Assembly: GCA_903906305.1 (NCBI GenBank)
Contig: CAIVJR010000005.1
Coordinates: 162,113-226,112, forward strand
Reading direction: 5' to 3'
Source of the DNA: an uncultured bacterium
GTDB taxonomy: Bacteria > Patescibacteriota > Dojkabacteria > SC72
DNA: 64,000 nucleotides
Position numbers and translations under genes: made by a program. Within the stretch, counting starts at the first letter, position 1, and each line of letters starts with the position of its first letter. Below the pieces are notes generated by a model. That model ran no database searches, was not told the origin of the DNA, and saw only the letters and a program-made list of their open reading frames with translations. Below are positions 50,068 to 59,181 of the stretch, piece after piece.

Positions 50068-50550
50068 ATGAAAGATAGCGAAATCCTTAAAATAGTTAAC
50101 GAAGAAGTAGATAAGCTCTGTGAGTTATTAGGTGTTGAATGTACTAAAGAATGTAAGGTAGAGAATGGGGATGAGAATACAAAGTATATTAAGATTGCTT
50201 TTAATGGTGAGGATTTGGGATATATGATTGGTAATAGAGGTAGGCATTTGGACTCTCTTCAGTTTATGACCCAGATTATTCTTGGTAGAAAGATTTCTGA
50301 AGATACTCCATTTAAGGTATTTGTAGATGTTGGTGGATATAGATTAGAAAAGGACAAACAGTTAGAGGAATTGGCACTACAAAAGGCTGATGATGTAAGA
50401 ATCATGGGTGATGAAGTAGCTCTTCCTCCTATGAAGCCATCTGACAGAAGGATTGTACATATTGCATTGGAGAAATTCGATGATATTACAACTGAGAGTC
50501 GTGGCGAGGGTATGGACAGACACATTGTCATATTACCAGCTGTTAAATAG
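50068..50550 (+). CDS. jag: Jag/KhpB-type RNA-binding protein (KH + R3H domains)
   Basis: …GYMIGNRGRHLDSLQFM… (KH GxxG) and C-terminal R3H (…SDRRIVHIAL…); conserved position after yidC. Confidence 0.75.
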   Translation: MKDSEILKIVNEEVDKLCELLGVECTKECKVENGDENTKYIKIAFNGEDLGYMIGNRGRHLDSLQFMTQIILGRKISEDTPFKVFVDVGGYRLEKDKQLEELALQKADDVRIMGDEVALPPMKPSDRRIVHIALEKFDDITTESRGEGMDRHIVILPAVK

Positions 50551-50575
50551 TTCTGTCTGTTGATAGAATTAGTTA

Positions 50576-51964
50576 ATGGATATACGAAAATTTCTTAAAC
50601 AGTATTGGTTTCAACTTGTGGTTTTTGTTTTGTTGGCTATTCCCCTACTCTTTGTAATACAGGAGAACGTTCTCCGATCGGTTATTCTTCTCCTTTCATT
50701 AATAATATGGTTGGTAGTGAGTATTAAAACAAAAAGTGTTGTATTTTCCAGTCTTTTGTATATATTAATTACTCTCCCATTCAACCTCACCTACCAGTTA
50801 CCTCTCCGTGTTCTATTTTTTAATACAGACCCATATGTAAGCGGTATCTATACTAACTATTTAGTACCAACTCTCTCAATATTGGACATAGGATTAGTGC
50901 TTTTAATTGCTTCGTATATATATGAATATGGTTGGAAACATATTCAAGTGGTTCTACATAAATACCTTTTCTATCTGGTTCCTTTTGCATTGTTTCTTCT
51001 CTTACAGAGTGTGTTCAGGTTAGATCTAAACTCCTTAGTTAATGGTGGGAGATTAATCTTTGGTCTTACCTCCCTACTCTTCCTTATCGACTATTTTAAG
51101 ACTCAAAAACATTCAAACTTGTACAAATGCGTTTTGTGGATTTCCATAGCTTCTGTCCTTCTACAGGGAGTGCTAGGTACTATGCAGTTCTTAGGTGGTG
51201 CATCGCTTGGACTTTCTATGCTTGGTGAATCTCAAGTGGTTAGTGGTATGCAAGGTTCTAGTTTTGTGACTTTAAACAATGAAGTATTTCTACGTGCATA
51301 TGGTACATTCCCCCATCCTAATGTTTTAGGTGGATATTTTGTGATGAATGTTCTTTTGGGGGTATTTCTTTATTCGAAATCAAAAGATTTTTACAAAAAA
51401 TTATCTATTTTGTTAATCATTTTGAGTAGTATATTTGTAACATTGACGTTTTCTAGAATTTCAATTTTGCTTGTATTGGGAATTGTTTTTGTAACATTGG
51501 TATACAAATTGATCAAAGGAAAGTTGTTTTCATTTACACCGCTACTACTTGTTGAGCGTTTTACTAATTTAATGGCTGGGAATGATACTAGTTGGGCGGA
51601 CAGGGTTAATTTGATGAAGAGTAGTTTCAGTGTGATGAAGAATAATTGGATGGTGGGCACAGGGTTGGGGAATTTTACTAAGGGGATGGAGAGTGTAATC
51701 CCTACTACTGTGAATGGGGTTTTGTTAATACAACCGGTACATAACGTGGCGTTGTTAATGATTACTGAATTAGGAATATTAGGCTCCCTACTCTATGTTG
51801 TGCTTTTAGGGAAGATATTGATTAGTAATATTTCAAAGATGAATTGGTTTAAATGGTTGGTGATTATATCTTTGGTTATTATTGGATGTTTTGACCACTA
51901 TTTGTTTAGCTTACCACAGGGAATGGTTATTGGAGGAATCTTAAGTTTACTACTAATATTATGA
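50576..51964 (+). CDS. Polytopic membrane protein, O-antigen ligase/polymerase (Wzy_C)-like
   Basis: 462 aa, about 12 TM, with a central larger loop. Assignment is by architecture only. Confidence 0.4.
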   Translation: MDIRKFLKQYWFQLVVFVLLAIPLLFVIQENVLRSVILLLSLIIWLVVSIKTKSVVFSSLLYILITLPFNLTYQLPLRVLFFNTDPYVSGIYTNYLVPTLSILDIGLVLLIASYIYEYGWKHIQVVLHKYLFYLVPFALFLLLQSVFRLDLNSLVNGGRLIFGLTSLLFLIDYFKTQKHSNLYKCVLWISIASVLLQGVLGTMQFLGGASLGLSMLGESQVVSGMQGSSFVTLNNEVFLRAYGTFPHPNVLGGYFVMNVLLGVFLYSKSKDFYKKLSILLIILSSIFVTLTFSRISILLVLGIVFVTLVYKLIKGKLFSFTPLLLVERFTNLMAGNDTSWADRVNLMKSSFSVMKNNWMVGTGLGNFTKGMESVIPTTVNGVLLIQPVHNVALLMITELGILGSLLYVVLLGKILISNISKMNWFKWLVIISLVIIGCFDHYLFSLPQGMVIGGILSLLLIL

Positions 51965-52524
51965 AAGAAACCTTTTCTCACATTATTCTAATGAAAGTTG
52001 GTCCCTACTGTGGATATAGCTTAGATGAGATAATAAAGATAAAGCAAAAGGAAGAAAAGGATGTAGGGATGTATTTCTGGGGGTATAGTGGTGTTTTTTG
52101 TAGACCAATGGTAATTAAAAACCTTGTTTCCCGAGAGAAAAATCAGGATATAAAAGTATTATTCGTTGAAACAAAATCTGATTTTGTTCCGACAAAAGTG
52201 GATAAATTTGAGAAGTATTCTGAAGATAGCGGCGAATGGAAACTGTTACCTTCAAATGTTTTATTGGTTGGAAATAAAGCTAAACCTCATTTTGCTATTA
52301 CAGCTAAGAATCTAAGAGAAGTTAATATAGAATTAGATTTATCTCAATATTGTACGCTAAAAGGAATCTTTCCTAATGACAATCAACGATTTGACGAATA
52401 TTTCAGATATAGAGTTGATAAAGCTTGTGGTATTTTTGTGCCGAACAATGGTGTTGATAAGAAAAAAATCACGATCAAATATATTTCAGAGCTAGTTCCT
52501 CCGTACGCAGTTTCAATAGGATAA
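51961..52524 (+). CDS. Hypothetical protein (187 aa)
   Basis: ORF with 4-nt overlap coupling to the upstream membrane protein; no motif. Confidence 0.35.
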   Translation: MKETFSHIILMKVGPYCGYSLDEIIKIKQKEEKDVGMYFWGYSGVFCRPMVIKNLVSREKNQDIKVLFVETKSDFVPTKVDKFEKYSEDSGEWKLLPSNVLLVGNKAKPHFAITAKNLREVNIELDLSQYCTLKGIFPNDNQRFDEYFRYRVDKACGIFVPNNGVDKKKITIKYISELVPPYAVSIG

Positions 52525-53232
52525 TTATTTCCTATACACCCCTATTAAATGTACCTTAGCCTTTTTAAATGCTTTAAGATTTAATATCTTCTCTATAAAT
52601 AATGCAAAAAGAAAAGTAACCTCATCAAAACTAACATACGAAGGATCCCCATTAACAATCAATTTCTCTTTTTTAAAACCAGTCTCTGAAAGAACCTCCT
52701 CTACTCGCTTAGGTGAATTAACCTTATATTGCTTCTTAAAGGTATCATTCTCCATTCGTCCATATAGCTTTCTAGTAAAGAAATCATGTAATCTCTCTGG
52801 AACTAACCTAATAATCCAGACATTGTAATTCCAAGCATTAGGAGTAAGGAATATAACCTTACCTCCCGGTTTCAATACTCTATGGATTTCTTTAAATGCA
52901 GCTATTGGATCTGGAAGATGTTCTAATACCCAGGCACATACAACAATATCAAAGAAATTATCTTTAAAAGGCATTTTTTCTACAAAACACTTCTCTACAT
53001 TCTTTATATATGTATTTCTATTCACTGCATTAAGGTCTGGATCTATACCATATGTATGAGGAGTCTTCTTGTAGACATCTAGAAGCAAGGTACTATGCCC
53101 GCATCCGACATCCAAAATATGTGTATTCTTATTAGTATTTTCTAATATGAGGTCATGATATATCTGCGAACTTTCTCTCCAGTGAGGATTTAATGTTTGA
53201 TATTTAGATCGGTAGAAATTTTGTTTATTCAT
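52525..53232 (-). CDS. Class I SAM-dependent methyltransferase (start revised to internal Met; the 5' extension in the ORF track runs into tRNA-Ser)
   Basis: Motif I ILDVGCGHSTLLLD; motif post-I/II …DIVVCAWVLEHL…. The first 23 codons of the listed ORF are antisense to tRNA-Ser(GGA). Confidence 0.65.
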   Translation of the reverse strand: MNKQNFYRSKYQTLNPHWRESSQIYHDLILENTNKNTHILDVGCGHSTLLLDVYKKTPHTYGIDPDLNAVNRNTYIKNVEKCFVEKMPFKDNFFDIVVCAWVLEHLPDPIAAFKEIHRVLKPGGKVIFLTPNAWNYNVWIIRLVPERLHDFFTRKLYGRMENDTFKKQYKVNSPKRVEEVLSETGFKKEKLIVNGDPSYVSFDEVTFLFALFIEKILNLKAFKKAKVHLIGVYRK

Positions 53233-53243
53233 TAGTGTATATA

Positions 53244-53333
53244 TGGCGGAGAGAGAGGGATTCGAACCCACGGTACGATTACTCGTACGAACGCTTTCCA
53301 AGCGTTTCCTTTAGGCCACTCAGGCATCTCTCC
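53244..53333 (-). tRNA. tRNA-Ser (anticodon GGA), CCA encoded
   Basis: Reverse complement GGAGAGATGCCTGAGTGGCCTAAAGGAAACGCTTGGAAAGCGTTCGTACGAGTAATCGTACCGTGGGTTCGAATCCCTCTCTCTCCGCCA. Confidence 0.85.
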
Positions 53334-53345
53334 TTATTGAAACGA

Positions 53346-53422
53346 TGGCGTACCTGGCCGGATTCGAACCGACGACCTACTGCTTAGAAGGCAATTGCTC
53401 TATCCAATTGAGCTACAGGTAC
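53346..53422 (-). tRNA. tRNA-Arg (anticodon UCU), CCA encoded
   Basis: Reverse complement GTACCTGTAGCTCAATTGGATAGAGCAATTGCCTTCTAAGCAGTAGGTCGTCGGTTCGAATCCGGCCAGGTACGCCA. Confidence 0.85.
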
Positions 53423-53459
53423 ATATTCTTGGGGTATTTTATCACAAAGAATCCTATTT

Positions 53460-55316
53460 TTATATATCTACGATCTCAACAAGAATACCACCTTGTCTCT
53501 TTGGGAAGTAGTAAAGTGATTGAGGAAAATTCACAGGATTAAATTCATACATAGTAGATTTGTCAGAATATTTAAGACTATCTAAATATGCTCCACCCTC
53601 TTTCCATTTTTTACCCTTTAGAGCGTTAACAATTTCAATCTTGTCTACCTTAGGTAGAACAGAACCACTAGCTGTAAGCTTGATCAAGACTGAGCTATCA
53701 GTGTTCTGTATAACAGAAACTTCTTTTTTAATATCATCTCCCAAAGTCAATTCTATGTTTTGGTCCGTATTAAAGAGATTTTTAGCTTGTGCTTCACTTG
53801 TAAGCAAGGTCTCTACCCCATCATCAAAGCCTTTATTGTAATAGTAGGTGCCAGAGCTTGTAACTGTAAGCGAAAGATTTGCCTGTGTTGCAGCTGCGCC
53901 TACAGCAATATCTGTCTTTAGGCTATCCTTCTTTATTTCGCTCTTTATACTATCCAAAACCAAAGCCCAGTCCCCTTGCTTTTCCTTTAATGTCTGTTCA
54001 GCTTCACTAATAGAAGAAGATTTTAATTCCTCGCTTGCTGTATTTACATCTGAAAGTGAAAGTACAGTATATTCAGTTTTAGTTCCTCCTGTGAAGGTTC
54101 CAGACTTTTTACCATATACCTCATCGGTAGAATGATTTTTTACTGTAAAGTTGGTTTCTGGAGTATTGTATTCCTCTCCTATGTCTGTTGCATGTACTGG
54201 TACAGTAGCTGGAGTATCACATTCTAAAGTAACGGCGCTATCCAATGTATATGTTTTCCCATCTGGAGTAGATGTTACAACTTGGCCTGCAGCTAAAGAA
54301 AGTGCTGCAACACATTCCATTCCACCATGTATGAGTCTAACTGCACCTATTGCTTTTTCTCCTTTGTATGCCTTTCCAGTTGCAGTAACAGAAGAAGATC
54401 GTGATTCCTCTATAGATTCAGTTTTAATTGGGATCTTTAATTCCGCAAAATTAACTTCCTTGATATTTGAATCCCCTGTAAAAGTTTTCTCAATACTAAC
54501 CTCTTGAGCTTTGACAAATACTCTTACTTTAACGAATGGACCGGTGTTTAGATATATCACTATGACTAAAGCAGCAACGGAAACAAGGGATATTAATAGT
54601 ATTGGGAGGAGTTTCTTAAATTTTCTAACAAGTGGAGTTTGTGGACCAGTGGGAAGTGAAGATTTTGGTTTGAATTTAAGAAAATCAGGCCATTTAAGCC
54701 AAGATTTTTTAATTTGTGTATGTTGTTCTCCTCTGGCTATATCTTTGAAATCAATATTTGAGAGATTAGGGTTTTGAACTATTGGAGCTTCCGCTGTTGG
54801 AAGATCCTCACCCACCGATATAATGATGCCATCTTGATGTATGGTTTTTACATCCTTCTTATTCTCAATATCTGTTCTACTTTTTTGAATTGCTTCGTTT
54901 ACACGAGTTTCAAAACTTGTTTTTTGATTTTTTATATCTTGGGATGGAGTTTCTATTACTTCTTTTTCTATTTCAACATTCTCAACTACAACAGGAGTCT
55001 TCTCTTCTTGAGCTTGTGCTTTTTCCCATATATCTTCAGTAGGATTATTGGGAGTGTCTATCGTAGTAATTCCTGCTATTTTTGAGTTTCTTTCGCCTGT
55101 TGGATTTTTGATGATTTGACAGACAAGAATCTTATTTTCTTCGTCTGCGGTTTCTTTTATTACCGAGAGATTTATTGCGCTGATTAATATATCAGATTCT
55201 TCTGCAAAGGTAAGGATGATGCGGTCGGTCTTCGCGTTGATGATGCCACTGACAACATCGGTTAGCTCATCTTCTCTTCCTATGACAATTTTTGTTATTT
55301 TGCTGTTTTCTTCCAT
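53460..55316 (-). CDS. Bitopic membrane protein (about 230-aa cytoplasmic N-domain, TM, about 360-aa extracytoplasmic domain), hypothetical; start overlaps ftsA-like stop
   Basis: 618 aa. TM LLPILLISLVSVAALVIVIYL. Confidence 0.45.
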   Translation of the reverse strand: MEENSKITKIVIGREDELTDVVSGIINAKTDRIILTFAEESDILISAINLSVIKETADEENKILVCQIIKNPTGERNSKIAGITTIDTPNNPTEDIWEKAQAQEEKTPVVVENVEIEKEVIETPSQDIKNQKTSFETRVNEAIQKSRTDIENKKDVKTIHQDGIIISVGEDLPTAEAPIVQNPNLSNIDFKDIARGEQHTQIKKSWLKWPDFLKFKPKSSLPTGPQTPLVRKFKKLLPILLISLVSVAALVIVIYLNTGPFVKVRVFVKAQEVSIEKTFTGDSNIKEVNFAELKIPIKTESIEESRSSSVTATGKAYKGEKAIGAVRLIHGGMECVAALSLAAGQVVTSTPDGKTYTLDSAVTLECDTPATVPVHATDIGEEYNTPETNFTVKNHSTDEVYGKKSGTFTGGTKTEYTVLSLSDVNTASEELKSSSISEAEQTLKEKQGDWALVLDSIKSEIKKDSLKTDIAVGAAATQANLSLTVTSSGTYYYNKGFDDGVETLLTSEAQAKNLFNTDQNIELTLGDDIKKEVSVIQNTDSSVLIKLTASGSVLPKVDKIEIVNALKGKKWKEGGAYLDSLKYSDKSTMYEFNPVNFPQSLYYFPKRQGGILVEIVDI

Positions 55317-56584
55317 TATGTTGGTATGTTTTTTGATCTATTTACTTCGTTATCATATGCAAACTTTGCTAAAGCTGCAGGGGTAATGTCTGATATATAT
55401 TTCAGATCCCCACTCAAGTCTACTATATTATCTAGCTTCTGTGGAGTGAAATATTCTATTCGTGGTACTACTGGAAATGGGAGATATTTCTTCCATGGGA
55501 ATTCAAGCATGACTTCTTTAATTTCTGGAAGTAATGCGCCACCACCGCAAAGATATATCTGTCCTGGGAATGTATCTATATCATCGCAACTGTAAAATGC
55601 TGTTTTTAGTGTCTTCATCCAAAGGTTGGCAACAGGATATACGATTTTTTGTACTTCTCTTGCAAGATCTTTGCCTAGATCCTTTTCTGCGTATTTAATT
55701 TTTCGTTGCTCAGCATGTCGGTAATCTATGAAAAGTGTATTAGCTACTTCCTTGGTGAATGTTCTTCCTCCAAAGGCAAACATCTTTGTTTCTATGATAT
55801 TTCCCTTCTCTACGACTGCGACATCTGATGTTCCTCCTCCAATATCTATGAATATTGCTGAGAAATCTTTGTTAGTTGAACCATTAAAAGCTCTTGCTAC
55901 TGCAAATGGTTGTGAGACTATCCCAAGTATTGTGAGATTTAATTCTGCGGCTACTTTTCTCAAAGCTTCAACGTATGTTTTAGGTGCAAAGGAAGCGTAG
56001 AAATTAAGTTTAACTTCTCTTCCTTTGTATCCAACGAGTGAATCAACAGGCATTCCCCCTATTTCCAATCCTGTCTTGGTTATATGTAATATCTCAATAT
56101 CATCATTTTGCAATCCAGTTCTGGTTCCTAAATCGTCTTTGCCATTAATTTCAATCTTCTCTTTGATCTGCTTTATGATATTATCCTGCTCTTTTGCAGT
56201 TACTTCTTTGTCAAAATTTTCTTCTCTTTGGTAATTAATCACAATTGATACCCCTTGGATGTATTCTCCAGCAATACCCATAACCACATGCTTCGGCATT
56301 TCATCATCTGAAAGTCGGCTTGTGAGTTCTGAAATTGAAAGCCTGCAGTTAGCAAGCACTGTATCGAGGTTGGTTATGATTCCGCTTCGCATTGCATTTT
56401 GCTGTTGTTCAATACGGGAGATTTTCTTAATTTTGATTCCTGTACTCTCCATTGAGAAGAGGATGCTCTTAAGTTTCTCTGTACCGATGTCTAACGCAAT
56501 GACGTTTTTATTAGAATCTAACAATGAATTGTTTTCAGAAAAGTTTCTTAAAAAAGGCAAGTTTAGCATACGAAAGTATAGCAC
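55316..56584 (-). CDS. ftsA: Actin-like ATPase, FtsA-like (FtsA/PilM family)
   Basis: Phosphate-1 VIALDIGTEKLKS, phosphate-2 FIDIGGGTSDVAVV, adenosine motif …YLCGGGALLPEI…. Confidence 0.5.
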   Translation of the reverse strand: MLYFRMLNLPFLRNFSENNSLLDSNKNVIALDIGTEKLKSILFSMESTGIKIKKISRIEQQQNAMRSGIITNLDTVLANCRLSISELTSRLSDDEMPKHVVMGIAGEYIQGVSIVINYQREENFDKEVTAKEQDNIIKQIKEKIEINGKDDLGTRTGLQNDDIEILHITKTGLEIGGMPVDSLVGYKGREVKLNFYASFAPKTYVEALRKVAAELNLTILGIVSQPFAVARAFNGSTNKDFSAIFIDIGGGTSDVAVVEKGNIIETKMFAFGGRTFTKEVANTLFIDYRHAEQRKIKYAEKDLGKDLAREVQKIVYPVANLWMKTLKTAFYSCDDIDTFPGQIYLCGGGALLPEIKEVMLEFPWKKYLPFPVVPRIEYFTPQKLDNIVDLSGDLKYISDITPAALAKFAYDNEVNRSKNIPT

Positions 56585-56594
56585 ATTTGAGGAA

Positions 56595-58277
56595 TTAGAT
56601 AATCACCGTGAGGATAATTGGTTCTCTCTCTGTCTTCTTGTAAATGAGCTTGCTGAGCTCTTTTTCGATTGCATCCTTAAAGTTATCAATGTTTATATTC
56701 TTGTTATCTTGTGCCTGTCTCTCCCAATCGTGATGTATATCAAAGATGAGGTTTTCAATCTCTTTGAGTAACTCTTGGGAGCCTTTCATATATACAAATC
56801 CTCTAGAAATGAATCTTGGTCTACCAATGATTTTCTTTGTCTTAATATTCATATTTAATACTGTTACAAACATTCCAAATTCTGAAAGTTGCTTTCTGTC
56901 CTTTAATACAATATCTCCAGTATCTCCTACCCCGAGTCCGTCGATGAGGATTGGTTTTGATTCAACTTTCTTTCCTTTAACCCAGTTGTGTCCATCTAAC
57001 ATCCATACTTGTCCATCATCGGTTAAGAGTATATCTTCGTCTCTCATCCCCCACTTTAGGAAGTTCTGCTTGTTGAAATATCTGAATGTTAAAGGACCAT
57101 GGATAGGCATGACGGTTCTTGGTTGGATGAGGTCATACATCATCTTCATATCTTCTTGGTTTCCATGACCTGTTGAGTGAATCTTTAAGTCGATGGTATC
57201 TTTTACTAAATCTGCACCTAATGCAATTATTCTGTCTGTCATTCTGCCGATGGTACTAATATTCTCAGGAATTTCTGAAGAAGACATAATGATTAAATCA
57301 CCCTTATGTATTTTTATGAACTTATGTTCATTTAATGAAATTCTGTTTAATGCTGCAAATCTTTCTCCTTGGCTTCCAGTACAGAGTAAAAGTAACTCAT
57401 TGTCTGCATATTTGTTAATATCCTTTTCTTTAATGAACAAAGAGTCTTCTGCTGTGATATATCTCTTTTTTCTTGCGATATCTATAGCTTGATCTAAACT
57501 CCTTCCTGAAAGGACAATTTTTCTTTTGGTAATCTTTGCTACTTCAATTAATGAATACAATCGGGTAATTAAAGAGGAAAATGCCGCGACTACTACTCTG
57601 CCCTTTTGCTTACTAATTAAGTCTGCGAGATTTTCAAAAATTTCTTTTTCAGAAGGTGCTTTTCCAGGGTTAGTAGCATTGGTACTTTCCATTAATGCAA
57701 CATCAATTCTTCCTCTTAATTGCCTTAATTTCTCGTAATCTGTTTGAGGTTCATTTGCTGGTGTTAAATCAATTTTGTAGTCTCCTGAGAAGAATACATT
57801 TCCATTTGGTGTCTCCAAAAAGATCGAAAATGCATCTGGAATACTGTGGTTAATACCTATGAATGTAGCTTGGAAATTTTTACCAATCTTCAACTGTGAT
57901 TTTCTATCTACTCCAAATATCTTAACCTTGTCTAGCATATGGTATTCCTTCATTTTCTCTTCTATGAGGGCCTTTGCAAAACCTCCCGCATAGATTGGAG
58001 GGTATCCTAATTCTGGCAAGATCCATTTTAAAGCACCCGTATGGTCTAAATGGCCGTGGGTGATTAATATGGCTTTGATTTTTGCTTTGTTTTGCTTTAG
58101 ATAGCTAACGTTAGGGATGAGGTAATCTATTCCGTACATTTCTTGTCCTGGGAATGAGTATCCTGCATCTATCATTACTATCTCATCTCCGTACTCAACG
58201 AAATTACAATTTCTTCCGATTTCTGTAGTTCCTGAAAGCGTGCAGAGCTTTAACAATTCTTTTCTATTTGTAAACAT
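56595..58277 (-). CDS. rnj: Ribonuclease J (metallo-beta-lactamase/beta-CASP)
   Basis: HxHxDH motif ILITHGHLDHTGAL, beta-CASP motifs, and …HTGHGNQEDM…. 560 aa. Confidence 0.85.
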   Translation of the reverse strand: MFTNRKELLKLCTLSGTTEIGRNCNFVEYGDEIVMIDAGYSFPGQEMYGIDYLIPNVSYLKQNKAKIKAILITHGHLDHTGALKWILPELGYPPIYAGGFAKALIEEKMKEYHMLDKVKIFGVDRKSQLKIGKNFQATFIGINHSIPDAFSIFLETPNGNVFFSGDYKIDLTPANEPQTDYEKLRQLRGRIDVALMESTNATNPGKAPSEKEIFENLADLISKQKGRVVVAAFSSLITRLYSLIEVAKITKRKIVLSGRSLDQAIDIARKKRYITAEDSLFIKEKDINKYADNELLLLCTGSQGERFAALNRISLNEHKFIKIHKGDLIIMSSSEIPENISTIGRMTDRIIALGADLVKDTIDLKIHSTGHGNQEDMKMMYDLIQPRTVMPIHGPLTFRYFNKQNFLKWGMRDEDILLTDDGQVWMLDGHNWVKGKKVESKPILIDGLGVGDTGDIVLKDRKQLSEFGMFVTVLNMNIKTKKIIGRPRFISRGFVYMKGSQELLKEIENLIFDIHHDWERQAQDNKNINIDNFKDAIEKELSKLIYKKTEREPIILTVII

Positions 58278-58289
58278 GATTTGAGATTA

Positions 58290-58520
58290 TACCAGATATG
58301 GGTGTGATATAATAATGGAAGTCGTTAGTACAAGACTAGTCATCTTGGAGGCTTGGAAAGAAATCTATATGTAGTATATGTATAGAGAGTAGAATCCTCT
58401 ACCCTTGTAAGGGTTGTGAGTTTAGGATAGTAATATCTTAAAGAAGTAAGGTGGTAACGCGTATATTCGCCCTTACATTAGAATATCAATATGGTATTCT
58501 GGTGTAAGGGCCTTTTTATT
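58290..58520 (+). promoter_or_regulatory. Probable T-box riboswitch leader (T-box sequence plus terminator/antiterminator) upstream of the hypothetical-valS operon
   Basis: aagtaaggtggtaacgcg (58444-58461) matches T-box consensus AATTAGGGTGGTACCGCG at 15/18. It is followed by a terminator hairpin gcccttaca…tgtaagggc plus T5 (58469-58517). GUAAGG (58446-58451) can alternatively pair with CCUUAC (58471-58476) as an antiterminator, leaving a UGGU bulge. Confidence 0.45.
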
Positions 58521-58534
58521 TATATTACAAAACT

Positions 58535-59179
58535 ATGTCGGACGAAAATAAATCAACGGAAGGTTCGAGTGAAGAATTCTCAATTAATCCAACTCCCCCA
58601 ATAGGTGGAAGTAGCGATTCCGAGGGATTAAGTTGGGATGATTTTGTAAAAACATATGGTACTGGAGGTGGAGCATTTACCTTGAATCAGGATTCTTCGA
58701 AATCAGAAGTCCCGCTAAAAGAAAAATTGTCAGAAGAAAATGCGGCAAAGATTTTAGAAGATGATCTTAGAACTGAAAGTCCTCTAACACCCCTAGCCTT
58801 TGTATATGAATTTAAGCTTTACGAGAAAGAAGATCTTGAATCAGCTGAAATGATTGGTAGTATGCGTGAAGCTAGAGGAGAGATAAAAACAATATTGGAT
58901 AGCTATCCAAGGGATATGCTTCGCTCCTTTGCAGATGATATGACCCTTTGGGGTGGATGGCAGAATTTAATAAAGCATGGATATGAAAAAACGAAGGGAA
59001 ATAACTTTGGTGAATCTATACAGAAGTATATTAACTTAAGAGTTTCACTTCTGGAAACCCAACAAAATAATTTACGTTTAACTCCGGTTGAGGCCGCAGA
59101 CATGCGATCATTAAGGGAGTCTTTTAGAAAAACGTCGGAAATCATTCAAAGACAAATTAGTTCAAATAATAATAAATAA
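58535..59179 (+). CDS. Hypothetical protein (214 aa), translationally coupled to valS
   Basis: ORF whose stop is 3 nt before valS ATG. Acidic N-terminus, no motif. Confidence 0.45.
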   Translation: MSDENKSTEGSSEEFSINPTPPIGGSSDSEGLSWDDFVKTYGTGGGAFTLNQDSSKSEVPLKEKLSEENAAKILEDDLRTESPLTPLAFVYEFKLYEKEDLESAEMIGSMREARGEIKTILDSYPRDMLRSFADDMTLWGGWQNLIKHGYEKTKGNNFGESIQKYINLRVSLLETQQNNLRLTPVEAADMRSLRESFRKTSEIIQRQISSNNNK

Positions 59180-59181
59180 AC

